Below are positions 13,958-27,230 of a stretch of DNA of 64,000 nucleotides, piece after piece (within the stretch, counting starts at the first letter, position 1; every line of letters starts with the position of its first letter). Under the pieces are notes generated by a model, which was given only the letters and a program-made list of their open reading frames with translations, did no database searches and had not been told where the DNA came from. The DNA is taken from positions 40,610,001 to 40,674,000 of the forward strand of contig OX597824.1 in assembly GCA_951406725.2 (NCBI GenBank), written 5' to 3'. Source of the DNA: Octopus vulgaris. Taxonomy: Eukaryota. Both the position numbers and the translations under genes were made by a program.

Positions 13958-14497
13958 GCCAGTGTTTCTCAATCCCCTTTTTTGGTCCCATGTTTCACTT
14001 TGATTTTCAAGAAATAAAAAAATACAAAAATTGTGCATGCATATGTGTGTGTTTAAAAGAAATTTTAAAGTTTTAATGACTTATTACTTGCTTCTGTTTC
14101 ATTCTTAAGTGGGCTGCACTTTCACCAGTATACTGCCATGCCCTACCTTAAGAAACACTGTTTTAACTCTCTAGCATTCAAATTACATTGCTTAATTTAT
14201 TCACGATGTTTTTAATCATTCAGGCATTACTTTGTAGCTTCAAGATTTTGATGATGAGATTGTTTAATTTTAGAATGACATTGTAGGTTATGCGTAAGAG
14301 ACCAGTTCTGACTGGTTTGAATATAAGACTGGTAGAATATTTGAGTCGAGTATAGCTGGTTTAAATGCTAAACGGTTAAAAACACCAAACATAATTTGTC
14401 TTCTAAGGGGTTCTACAGCTAGAAGGTAGACTGCATAAAAGCTGCTAAAAACACTGAGCAAGATAAAAAATTAGTTTTTTGATTATCCACAATTTTA

Positions 14498-14871
14498 TCT
14501 CTATATATATAAAGCTGAAGTTGTCTGTGTATAGCAGCCTTCAACTAACACTATCTCCTCTGAGACCCTGCGGCGCAAGTTGACCAAAATTGAGAGTATG
14601 ATAGAAGAAGGCTTACTCTTCCTTCCGTAGAAGACAAAATTCAAATCGGACCATGTTAACACCAAAAATTATTTACATCAAAAAGGTGCTTTTTTTTCTA
14701 TGAAAATTCCTATTTTTTGACTGCTGTGTCGCCATATTTCGGTGTATTTCAACCAGAAAAATGTTCACTTAAAGAGAATAACAAGCTACATAATGCAAAA
14801 TTTTTACTTTTCAAAAATTCCAATTCTAAAGGGTCGAAACAAACCTGAGCAACGCCCAGCGATACTGCTAG
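14498..14871 (+). mobile_element. Non-autonomous Helitron-like element
   Basis: A|TC...TATATATAAAGC 5' end, GC-rich subterminal imperfect palindrome, CTAG|T 3' end. Confidence 0.65.
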
Positions 14872-17800
14872 TATAAAATAAAAATAACTGCACCATTATA
14901 TTCCGCTACTTTTAAAGATTTTTCTTGTGTCCTATTTTGAAATTTTTATAGGTCATCCTAATTTTTCTATATAAAGCTTCCTTTTTAAGTTGATAGGCAG
15001 CCATAATAGTAATTATTTGTCCATGTCTTTAGTTAAAAAATATGCAGAGTTGCTTCTGTGCAGCCCAGTTTTACAATAGTTGCAAAGTATAGCTGAAGGC
15101 TGTAAAAAGACAACTAAAAGGTTTGTTGACAGAAAGAACCTCCAATTCTTAAATACATCCTTAAAATAAAAAAATAAAGAAAAAAAAAGGAACCATGAAT
15201 AGTAGTCACAAGGCCCACAAATAAGCTAACAACTGAGGGAGAAATGTGCAGGGTATAATATTGGAAACCTTTTAAAGTGACAAGATACTGTGTATCTTGT
15301 CAGCCAGATCTTTATAGTAAGGCAAAGTAACAGTGGATTTTGATTTTGTCTACCTTATATTTGCACAAGGTTAAAGTTACAGCTATTTGTTTCTTGGGAA
15401 GGTATTTTTCAGGAAGTTAATTTCTTTTAAGTTGTTTCACTGATACAGATGTCTTAAGACCAATGCTGTTAACATTGAATGAAAGGTTTTATTTTATTAT
15501 GGTTTTTTTATTGCAAATCATTTCAGTAATATGCCAATAAAGGTGGATGTGTAGTTTTGCAGTTAGCTTTGCAACTTAAGTGGTTTTCAGGTTCAATCCC
15601 TCTGCAGAGATAGTCTTTTTTTATAGCCCCATTTCAACCAATACTTCATGAATGAAATTTAGTTAACAGAAATTGTACAGAAACCCACTGTGTGTGCATC
15701 TATATGTGTGTGTGTGCAGCTATATATATATATATGTGCCTCTATATGCATATATATATATATATATATATATATGCATCTATTTATATTATATACACAC
15801 TCACACATATGTGTCTTTGCATTGACACCACTTGGGCAACAGTGATGTTTATGCTCCATAGTTTGGTAGTTTGACACACAAAGACCAGTGGGATATTTTG
15901 TTTGAAAATCAAGTGTTGGCATCAGGAAGGGCACTTGGCCATGAGCTACTACCTCAAGAAATCTTGTTCAACTCATGCCAGCATAGAAAAAGCAAACACC
16001 ATGGTGATGATGTATCTTAATGCATAGGAATGCACCATCAAATAGTAAATCACATTGTGTAAATAAATACAGATACTTTCACTTCAAATAGAATCATGTG
16101 TATTGTTGTTAATCAAATAAATTTCCACCATTCTCATTTAATGTCCATCTTCCATGCATTGGGTAATTCAAAAGGAACTGATAAGCTAGAGAATTGTGTA
16201 AAGCTTTAGTCTGCTTTGGTAAGGTTTCTACAGCTGATGCCTTTTCTAATGTCAATCTCTTTACAGAGTGTACTGGATGCTTTTTTTTCTTGCAGCCAAT
16301 ACTAGTAAATTCACACAACAAAAAAGCCCCCTTGACTGAATGGGGCTGTAGTAGAGAGAGAAGCAGCTTTATGCCAGCTGTTGAGAAGCTAAAATATGAC
16401 AGACAGACAGAAACAAGTGTCTTACTGAAGGAGAGATACAGGACTCTACTGCATTATGTAAAGGTGGGTGATTTACCATTTAATATCTAAATGGGCTATC
16501 TGTCTGTATTCCCTAATGATAACCATAGCCAGGTGGGACCATAGTTTCGAAGTACAGATAAGAATATTCACTGAAAAAGGGTAATGGGTAAAGACCCCCT
16601 CCAGTCATGAATGACCGTGAGATTGCACCTAGAAAGTTACCCTCCTAGGCACAAATCCAGGCAAAGTTGTTTATGGAAGACCAGCAATCACCCATGCATA
16701 CCTCCCCTCTCCATGCCACCGAGTTATCCAAGGGAAAGGCAAAGGCCAAAACAGCTTGGCACCAGTGACATCACAACTCATTTCTACAGCTGAGTGAACT
16801 GGAGCAACATGAAATAAAGTTAGTTAGTTAGTTAGTTAATTTGGCTCAAAAGCAAATAGCAAGGCCATGTAGGGGGACATGGAGTTAAGTACAGGGTGGT
16901 GTTCATGTAAAGAGTTCAGGCCACTTGAGGTCCAGGGAGGCTTTGAACAAAGTGTCTTGTTCAAGAACACAACACACAGTCGGGTCCAGGAATCAAACTC
17001 ACTACCTCATGATTGTGAGCCAGACACACTAAACACTGAGCCATGCACCTTCACTGAAATAGGATACAAATAAAACACAGTTTCCAATCCCAAGCATTTT
17101 ATAACAGTAATATCAATCTTGTGTTCAAACAAAACTAAATTAACCAATCAGATGACTCATACATATAAATTAATTCCATAACTTAAACATTATTTTACTG
17201 TTATTATATTCTAATTCTCATCATTATCCCTAGGATTTTATAAAGAAATTAGATATATTAGCAGCTGAATGGTATTAACTCCTATGTATAGCAAAATAAT
17301 TTAGAAATTCTCTTATTCTTGTCTAAAATGATTCCAATAGCTACTAGCAGATATATGTACTGTTGCTACAATTTACTTAACCTTATCAATCAATAAATTA
17401 AAGTAAATGAATGAGCAATTGTGTGAAACCTAAGTGGACTAATGACCATTTTCGGAACAAAAGCACTCATCAATGAAATGTATAAAACCTGCAGCTATTC
17501 TACATATTTGCTGCAATCTTCAAACAATCAACTTTAGAAAATGTATATTTGTACAACAAATGATACTGAAACATATGTTAAATATTCCATTATTCATTCA
17601 AAGTAGAACAAGTTGAACTGACTTTTGAAGGCTCTCTATAAGACAAAGAAGACTCCAGAAAAGTTATTTTTCTGGAGTTGGTGGAAAGGTAAATGATGTA
17701 TGCAATATGTCAACACTCCCTTTATACTTTGATCACTTTGCCATATTTCTGTTGGAACACCACTGCCTTTTCTTTCCATTAATTTTGCCCAAGATATATA

Positions 17801-20800
17801 AGATAGGCTGTCCATGACAAAAAGTGCTGATGACCTAATTTCTTACAGTTGAAAACATTTCAAACATGAAAGAAAAATCTTGAATCAAGATGCCTCAATG
17901 TAGACTTAGCAGCAAAGACTAACGTTCTAATTAGAAAGACGGCCAGACTCCACAACCTTAAGGGAAATGACTGTACTCTTTATGCAGAAAAGGAGTAAGT
18001 ACATAGAAATTCCATATAGTGTACTCTGTAAAAAAAAAAACCCAAAAAAAACTATCTACACCCAAGAGGTTCACTTACAGGTAGGCTAACAGAAAAAGCA
18101 GAATTTGTGTGTAGCAGATGTACGGGAGCAGTTGGCAGCAAGAGTACAAGTGCAAAAGGGTCTTTCAAATGCCCAGGAGGCTCTGTGGAAGTAGTTGATA
18201 GGTGTTGTTACCAAGATGACTAAAAGAGCAGCAAATATATACTACATATAATACTGCATGATATATGAGTTGATGGAATCTACTGTAGTGGAAAATCAGC
18301 CCCAATTTATGAAGTCTCTTAAATACAGTTTGTGAATCAGCCTCAGTTATGATAAGAAGAACAATGACTACTCCATAAATACCATTACAATCTATATTAC
18401 TATTTGGTAATAATTTGGGTATGTGGGTATTTTGAAAATATAGTTCACAAAGTGATAACCATGCCCTGCATAGTTACAGACTGCCATTTGGCAAGCCAAA
18501 GCACCCGTTCAGCCAACCTGCCAGGGATACGGCGAAGTTATGGAACTGCTGCATGGTGGATTGTGAAGAATTTGTGAAAGAACTCAACTGAACCAACAGT
18601 GCATCTTACATTAATGCTGAGCAGAGGAATCCGAGAAGATCAATGGTCAGGACCGCCAAGCTCTATCAAGAGAGTAACTGCAACACATTCATAGTGATGG
18701 CATCCATGATTGTGTAATCAGCTAATGAAAGATTCACTATGACTCAAGCTCCCAATTCAAATTCATAATAATAGAATTGGATGGTGCCAGAGAGTTATGG
18801 AAATCTATGAAAGCATGAAAGAAAAAAAAGTCCAACATTATACATAATCCTTACTAAATATCTGTAAAATGCAAACTTGATAGAAAGGTCTCAAGTTGAT
18901 ATATTACTAATTTGCTCCAATACAATAGAACTTGGTAAAAACTTCAGACCATGAGTTTTCAATTGTTCAATCAGTTGAACTACGAAGCTCATTGAATAAC
19001 ATGTATGTGGTTGAGTATTGTAATCTGATTACACCATTACAGCATGAGTTGACAGAGCTCTTTCTGCCCCATTCTCAACCAACTCTGGTGTTTCTCCAGA
19101 TTCAGATAGGCACCCAAATGTCTTCATTTTATACATCAACGACCTACTAGCTGCCACATCTAACCATGCCAACTCATGTGCAGGTGACATGGCCCTTCAT
19201 TCCTCTCAAACTTTCCCCAAATATGCATTATTCACTGTATGCTAAACCTGCAATGGTTCCTTGAGAGCAGGGGTGTAGCTAGGTTCTAGAATTAGGAGAG
19301 CAAGCACATAAAAAAAAGCATCATGACACATACAAAACAGTCTGGAAGGACTGTTTTATTTATACATTGGTGAGGATGCAACCAAAGAGGGTTTCTATTT
19401 TTGAATCTTCCTACCTCATTAACCACATGATCCTGTTCTCTATAGCCACCAGAGAGAGGAAAACTGCTTTCCTGGTCTGGTTAAAAGAGAATGGCAAAGC
19501 AATCATTAGTGGAATATTCACTAATCTTGTTGCGGAACTAGTAAAGCGCCTGATAACGTTCTTGCAATTTACGTGCAAAATTCATAACAAAATGTCGATG
19601 CATTTAACTCCAATACCTGACTAGCACTTTACTTTCATCTACCCCACAAAAAATTAAAGGCAAAGTTGGTCTTGGCAGGATTTGAACTCAGAACATAAAC
19701 AGCCACCACTTCAAAATCTTTCTAAATCAGGCACAAAGCCAGCAAATTTTGAGAGGAGGGAACAAGTCGATGACATGGACCCCAGTAACTTGATTGGTAG
19801 TTTATTTTATCGACTGAAAGAATGAAAGACAACATCGACCTCGATAGTATTTGAACTCAGAACGTAAACAGCCGGAAGAAATACCATTAGACATCTCGTC
19901 CGACGATTTAATTATTCTGCTAGCTAGTCACCTTATTAAACAACTGAAAAAATAACTTCCGTAACAACCATGTCATGTGTCACGAGATGCCTCGTAAGTA
20001 GGATATACATAAATGGTTCCTTTACTTTAAATAGACGGAGAGTTGTTGATTTACATCGATAGTTGATTTAATAATCAAAATGTTGTCACCGAAGATTCAG
20101 TTTGCTTGTGTCACATGAGTATCTAACTTACATGCGAATCCTACACGGAAAGTTTCACTTAATTACAGCAACGTTTTGGAGGTTAAAACAAGGAGTGGTT
20201 GGAGTAATTCTTTAGTAGAAAAAAAAATTCAAATAGGTGGACACCCATCCTAACCTTCTCAATAAAGTTAGGCCTTCTTTCGAATACTGTTGCAATCGAA
20301 AGAATGGCTAAAGTTGTAATAGTACATTTATAACGATACTGGCCGAATATCAGTTACAATCGTGTCGAACCATAATTGAGGAAGCCTACACGATCGTTCG
20401 ACTTGCTAGAAATAACAACCAAATCTCCTTCATGTCACACCCTACTGTCTTAATAATAATGACTTGGGGTTGAACAACAACAGCTAATGCCCTTGAGAAT
20501 AGGCATGAATGCCACAGAATCTTGTTGCCTGTAGCAACAAAAAATCTGTCCTAATAATACTGACAAAGAAAATAGGAAGCCGAAGACATCTGAGCGTCTT
20601 ATGTTAAAAAAAAAAATATGATCCGTTTCAAAAAATAAGTCTTTCGATTAGCAGTCGGATCAGTTTCACTCACACTGCTAATGTTCTTGAAATGGCATCG
20701 ATACCACAAATATTTCACCAACAGATCATAGATAAACATTAAGCTTGGCGAGAGAGTGACTAATAGTTCGATCATTAACATTTCAATAATTAAATTTCCC

Positions 20801-21708
20801 TTAAATCACACTCCTTAACGTCTCTAAGTAAATGAATAAATAAAAAGATACATTTGACTAATGTATTACAAATTACACTACCAGATACAATAAAAAAATT
20901 TTTTTAAAGAGGGGAGTTTCGACTGAAACTTGTTTAATCACAAGACCGCTGGATTAAGGATGACCTGGAACTGAAATGATAAATCTTTAAAACGGATTCA
21001 GCCTTGACAGGGATCGCCGTATTTGCGTTTTGTCTTTTACAGGGTCAAAAGCTTCTTGAAATGAATATTGTAGAGTTTAGTTCCTCAAGACAAAAACATG
21101 GGTGAGTGAGAAAGCCCGAATATTTTAATTAAATATGAAATTTGTCTTTGAAAAAATATATATACTAAGTTAGATAATATAAAGTGGTCATACTGACAAG
21201 TGTTTATATAAAGCAAGAGAGGGCTCAGAGTCCAATAATAAGGCAATGGGATAATGGAATGGCTTTACACAGTGAAAATGCTTTTGGTTATAGTTAATCA
21301 TACAGAAAACACACACACACATAAATGTGTGTGTAGATAGATGCATATATGGGTGTGTGTATTACCATAATCAACAGGGGAGTACTTCAACAAGTGCGTC
21401 AAAAGAAGATAAATAGCTATACAGAAAAATTAGAGACAGACGTTATTATTATAATTAATTAGTAATAACGAAAGCTGGGGGCGGACGAGATAAAGAACAA
21501 CAAGAGATTGTAGTAATAGAAGAAACTGTCCAAAATATGAGAGAAAGGAGGTGAAACAGAACCATAATAAGGACAGATATTAATTATGTATATATGCCAG
21601 AGAGGTGAAACAACTGTAAATAGAAATATTTAGGTACACATTGCAATTATATTACAAATATATTATATTTTACTTATATTTTATATTGTATTAATATTAA
21701 TATATTAC

Positions 21709-21809
21709 CGTGAAGGTGACCATATCAGAGCAGGTACATCATTTGCAAATATTGGTGCTAATGAAATTAAAATAATAGAAAATATAAAACCAACTCCTCG
21801 GTAATCCAT
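21709..21809 (-). CDS. ATP6AP1: V-type proton ATPase subunit S1 (Ac45), coding exon 1 (signal peptide)
   Basis: ATG at 21809; MDYRGVGFIFSIILISLAPIFANDVPALIWSPSR is a hydrophobic signal peptide plus the VPxxxWS motif of the Ac45 N-terminus; GTAA donor. The spliced CDS (9 exons, 1293 nt, 430 aa) stays in frame at every junction. Confidence 0.9.
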
Positions 21810-22080
21810 TTAGAATAGATATGTGTATATATTTATGTGTTGTTAATTAGTAAATCGCCTGAATTACGAAGCAAGGCTTCAATCAACCCAGAAATAATTA
21901 TCAATTTCTCTTGTGTATCTGTCTGCTAATATATTCCAGAGTCACTCACACGAGATTTGACAAGGAGAAGTCATGTGACAAACGAGACTCTCGTAACGTC
22001 CTCCCTCCCTTTCTAACAAAACCTTCCTTACCCTACAGCGCCCTCTCGTGACACGTTCTCTTTTCAATCAAGCCGCCATC
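21810..22080. promoter_or_regulatory. Compact bidirectional promoter shared by ATP6AP1 and RPS23
   Basis: Start codons are 271 bp apart, head-to-head; CpG-richer than the flanks; pyrimidine TCT/5'TOP-like start TTCTCTTTTC at 22056-22065; YY1-like GCCGCCAT at 22072-22079; GTCATGTGAC at 21970-21979. Confidence 0.8.
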
Positions 22081-22084
22081 ATGG
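22081..22084 (+). CDS. RPS23: 40S ribosomal protein S23 (uS12), coding exon 1 (ATG G)
   Basis: GCCGCCATC ATG G|GTAAGT downstream of a TOP-like tract; joins in frame to exon 2 to give MGKPRG. Confidence 0.9.
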
Positions 22085-24465
22085 GTAAGTGGAACTCGGC
22101 ATTTCTCCCGTCGTTTATATCCAATTTATTCCGCACCAACATCGTTTTTTTGTCCAGTTGTTATATACAACGTTTCCTTGTGCTATACGTTTCGTTTCTG
22201 CGTTGTTATAACTTCAATATTCTTCCAATGATTTAGTCAAATGCCCGATAAAAGTCAAACAGCGTACCTTTGCACATCGCCGCTGCCATTTTTCCTTTCC
22301 ACATGGCAGTCAGCCCTATGCTATAATAAATACATATATACGTATATTGTGATGGAATTAATACAGTAATTACCATCCTTTGTTTAAGTCTTTGAATTTA
22401 ATATATAACAGTTAAGGCTTTCGTTATTCTTAAGAAATTAACTTGGAATTTTGCTGCATAATTGGTCATTTTTAGAATTGACCCACGTGCAAAATGATTA
22501 AATTGTACAACTTTAGTTTGTACATTAGATAGGGTTCCGATTGGAAAAAATACATTCTTCGTCTTTATTTTTAAAGTTTATGTTAAATAATCGTCATTGG
22601 AATTATAGATGATAATGCACTTCTTAAGAAATATTTATCTGGAAGACTTTTTCCGACCTGGTATTGCTATCTTGAAAGTTGCCTTTTTTGCTGAGTAGTT
22701 CCATTATATATCTCAGCTGACAATGTAGGATTTCTCTAGACAAAAAATTTGTATGTTAAAAGGGAGCTCGACCTACTAGAAATAGCAGCTAATCTCCAAA
22801 TTGCTCTCTTAATGCGTCTTAAAACGGGTCAAACTGGGAAAATCTGTTCCCTGCAAAAGGTTTAAGATGGAATATCATCGATCTGCTTGTGTTCAATGCT
22901 ATAGTTAGCATATCTAATTTTCACCAGTTTATCTTTTTTTCTTTTTTTTTTTTTTTGATACACATTTTTATTTTAGCAAACCTGTTGGACATTGCCTTCG
23001 TGTCCGGGCAACCTAGAAGGGTTCCAATGGTTATTGATTTAGACTGGGCATGTTGAAATAAACCTAGTGAATTGCTCAGTAATGTTGATTCAGTTTACAC
23101 GGTAATATACATTGCGAAATCCTGTCCACAAAATATTGCTATTGTACACCCCTGTTCACTTATAAGAAAACTTACTGGAATGGGGGGGCAGGGGGGGTTG
23201 TGTCCCCCCCCCCTCAGCAAAATAATGTATATTTCACAGAAAGAAACAACCAACCAGTTCCTTGTTGCTTTTTTTCCCTTCTCCATGAGGTGATAAGTAT
23301 TCCGAAAGTTCGCCTATCCAACTCATGAGACTGGTGTAATAATAAAAATTTTATAACATTGGTGACTGGAAAGCATTAGAAAAACACATTATATACGTAA
23401 CAGGTCTTAAATTTCTGAATACACTGTTCTGAATTCTTCAGAACAGCCTCATTAGCTATTGATACTTGGATCCGGATTTACTGCATCATCGATCGGTATC
23501 GGACGAAACCGTTACTGAATTCCATCTGCATTTCGTTCAGTGTCTATTTCAGCATGTGATGTGTGCATACGTTTCTACTGCATTAAATGGTAGATCTAAC
23601 ACGCTACCTTCAACAGCGAGAGCCCGAGTCGACGAGGTAGTTTCTATGTTGGGTTTGACCGGTTAGAAAGAGTAACAAAAAAAAAAAAAAAAGCAAGACT
23701 TCCTTTTGTATCCCCAACCACATTATTTTTTTTTTCTACACAAACCCTCGTTTTCGGCTACGGCGAATGCGAATCTGCCAAAAAATCGGCATTTTGAAAT
23801 TACCCCTCTCTCACCCCTAATTTCTTCGCTTTTAACTTTTTTTCAGAATTTTTTTTTCTTCAAAATATGCCGAAAAAATAAGTTTTGTAGTTAGGGTTTT
23901 AAGTTTACGGTTACGTGAAAAATGAAGAAATGGGGGGTGGGGACGGAATGTCCGTATCCGAAAATGTGAGTTTTTGGCAAAAAAAAAAAATTACATTCTA
24001 CCGTCTTAAAAAAGGGGAGACATGCGGTATCTATTCTCGAAGGGGAGATGGTAATTGTTTGCATATATTCATTTCACGATGAAACATGGATTATTTCCCT
24101 TGGTCCATTCTAAGTATCCATTGGTCTGTATAAACGATAGTCCTATTCGTTTTGGTTTTGTACACGCAGACTTCTGCAGAACCATGGCTTTTCAACCGTG
24201 GCCATCTCATCCCTTAATATCGTAAATTGTATTATATTTAATTGAAAATGACTGCACAGAGTGGATTGGTATTTTCGTTTTTACGGATGACCTTTCTAAA
24301 TTAGAGGTTTTTACATCAAATACTACCTACCACACAATGAGTGTGCATCACCAGGTGTTCCATTATAATTCGAATATCTGATGCAGCAAACAAAAATATT
24401 TGGTGCATCAGAAATAGTCCTCCAATATGTAGGATCCATCTCAAATGAAATTTTTTCTTTTCTAG

Positions 24466-24625
24466 GTAAGCCCAGAGGTTTGAGAACTGCACGAAAGCTA
24501 AAGAATCATCGCCGTAAACAGAGATGGCACGATAATGACTACAAAAAGGCAAATTTGGGTACCAGATACAAAGCCAATCCTTTTGGCGGTTCTTCCCATG
24601 CTAAGGGAATCGTTTTAGAAAAAGT
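24466..24625 (+). CDS. RPS23: RPS23 coding exon 2
   Basis: [12 protein letters not shown]...[19 protein letters not shown]; 160 nt, AG/GT bounded. Confidence 0.97.
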
Positions 24626-24673
24626 GTATGTATATTTGATTTTTTTTTTTTTTTTTCTCTCCCTAAATTTTGA

Positions 24674-24895
<222 letters not shown>

Positions 24896-24921
24896 TAAAT
24901 ATGGTGATATTTAATAAGATC

Positions 24922-25006
24922 TATGCCAGAGGATGAGCTCTAATTTGTATCAGCTGATTTTGTCATACATGGAGAACACATTCCGGTTCTTGAGACTGAT
25001 GGCATA
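24922..25006 (+). ncRNA. Putative box C/D snoRNA, orphan family C, copy 1
   Basis: Terminal stem TATGCCA/TGGCATA, box C variant AGGATGA (24930), D' CTGA (24954), box D CTGA (24996); the motif block recurs in 3 other copies although its flanks differ here. Confidence 0.7.
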
Positions 25007-26408
25007 TCTTTGGTGGGAAGTAATGGAATCTTCCCACTTGTGATTTGGACCTGCCTAACTTAATGTACCTGAAATGCCTCGATCAGTTGCATTTTAAGTT
25101 AAGGAAAGGTTCAGCACACTTGACTCCCTATCTTTTCTTTCCAGCTGTCTATCTCTAGTTTCTTTTATGTTCACCAAGTACCATTTTTCGTTTTTTCCAG
25201 GTGAGGAAATCATGTATCTCCTCTTCTGCAAGACACCTGTTCTATCACACTTTGGTTCCTTAATTGTGCACCCCAACTCAATCTTCAAGTTACCTCGCTA
25301 GTGCTAATACTCCCCCACACCCTAGAAGTACCCAGTTCACTGTGTAAAGTGGTTGACATTAGGAAGGGCATTTAACTATAGAAACCATGCCAAGGTAGAT
25401 ATTGGAGTTCATAGCAGTATTTGCAATTTTGATTTATTGGATATTCTATAACATTAAAAACTTAGGTTACAGCAAATTCATCAATTTTGGTAGCAATTTA
25501 TAAAGTGAGATGCCGGCTGTCTGTTTATAAGAATTATTTATAAGGAGGTTGGTATTACCATATCATCCATTTTTATTTCTTAAATAAATTATTCTTAATC
25601 TTAGGTTTGAAAGAACAGTACAAATAACTATCTGCTTTTGATTGGATAACCATTTTTGGGTTAACTCTGCTAGTTGGAATGTATAGTAAGATTTGATTTT
25701 CACTGTGGTAATTTAAGGTTTTCACTTGAAAAGGATGAAAGTTTTTCATGGCCTGAATTTGCCACAATGAAGGACAAACCATTTCTTGGGGGAGATGGTA
25801 TGTCATATTCGGACATTTTGACATAAGCAATTAGATGGGTTGTGTGTGTCTTATTTAATGATGTTACATTCTCCCCCAATATTTTGTTCATTTTTATCTC
25901 AATCAGTAGGGCAAAATTAATGAATTTGCAGTCACCAAGGTTTTAATGCCATAGAATATTCATTGGCTGAACTATTCCACAGAAACCAATGAACCCCAAT
26001 ATCTACCATAGCATGGTTTCTAGCTAAATGCCCTTCCTGATGTCAACCACATTACACAGTGAGCTGAGCACTAGTGGGATCACTGAGTAATTTGCAGACT
26101 GAAGTGTAATGGAACAGGACAAAATGCTTAGTGACAGTTCGTCCATATTTACATTTTGAGTTATTATACTGAATATTAAGAGGTTAAAAAAAGTGTTATA
26201 GAAGGGGCAGAAGCAGTTTGTTGTGGAGGTGAGAATAACTGGGCTTCAGTTTGTTGGTAAGAAAGATAAAAGATGGTGGGGACAGCTTGGGAAGGTGGCT
26301 GCTAGGGTGTTGTTAAAAAAAGGTAGGTGGTGGTCAGTGAGTTGTATGTAGGGAGGGAATGACGAATGTCATTAGAAGTGAATAAAATCTGTTAGGTTCA
26401 ATTCAGTT

Positions 26409-26495
26409 TGCCAAAGGATGAGCTCTAGCTTGTATATAACCTGATTTTGCCACTTACATGGAGGGTATACATTCTGGTTCTTGAGACTGATGGCA
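26409..26495 (+). ncRNA. Putative box C/D snoRNA, orphan family C, copy 2
   Basis: TGCCA/TGGCA stem, AGGATGA 26415, box D CTGA 26487. Confidence 0.65.
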
Positions 26496-27145
26496 TAACT
26501 TTAATAGGAAAATATGGCCTCTTAATATTCTGGGATGTAAAAACAAAGGGAGGGAAGAGTAAATCTTTGTTATGACTAAACTTGGTTGTGGGATTCTTGG
26601 GCTGACAGTGTTGTTTCCCCAGGATTTGGGATATAGAGTAATTTAAAATAAATTTGTAAGATTTGGCTATTACTGTATTCTGCTTGGAAATTTGTAGATG
26701 AAGCAGGTAAGAATATGCAAGCCTTTTTGCTGGCATAATTTCGTTGTATCTATATTCCACAACCCATTGGCTTTCTCCTCCTCCTCCCGTTTTAGTAGCT
26801 GTCATTGTCACAAGGTCATGAAGATATCTGAAGTGAATTGTCTTGTCAGAAACAACCGATTTCTTGTGGAGTCAATCCAAAAGAATGCCGAATAATTAAG
26901 AGGTGAAAAAAGTGTTATAGAAATGGCAGAAGCAGTTTGTCGTGGAGGTGGGGATAACTGGGCTTCAGTTGGTAAGAAAGATAAAAGATGGTGGGGACAG
27001 CTTGGGAAGGGTAGAGAGAGTAATGGCTGCTAGGGTGTTGGTGAAGAAAGGTAGGTGGTGGTCAATGAGTTGTAGGGAGGGAATGAGGAAAGTCATTAGA
27101 AGTAAACAAAATCATATCAGAATCTATGTTCGGTTCAATTCAGTT

Positions 27146-27230
27146 TGCCAAAGGATGAGCTCTAGCTTGTATAACCTGATTTTGCCACATACATGGAGGG
27201 TATACATTCTGGTTCTTGAGACTGATGGCA
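27146..27230 (+). ncRNA. Putative box C/D snoRNA, orphan family C, copy 3
   Basis: TGCCA/TGGCA stem, AGGATGA 27152, box D CTGA 27222. Confidence 0.65.

Noticed and set aside
24250-24390. Possible snoRNA in RPS23 intron 1 (CTGCA...CTGA TGCAG, ~80 nt before the acceptor)
   Set aside because: Box D and stem are well placed, but there is no convincing box C or guide; insufficient support
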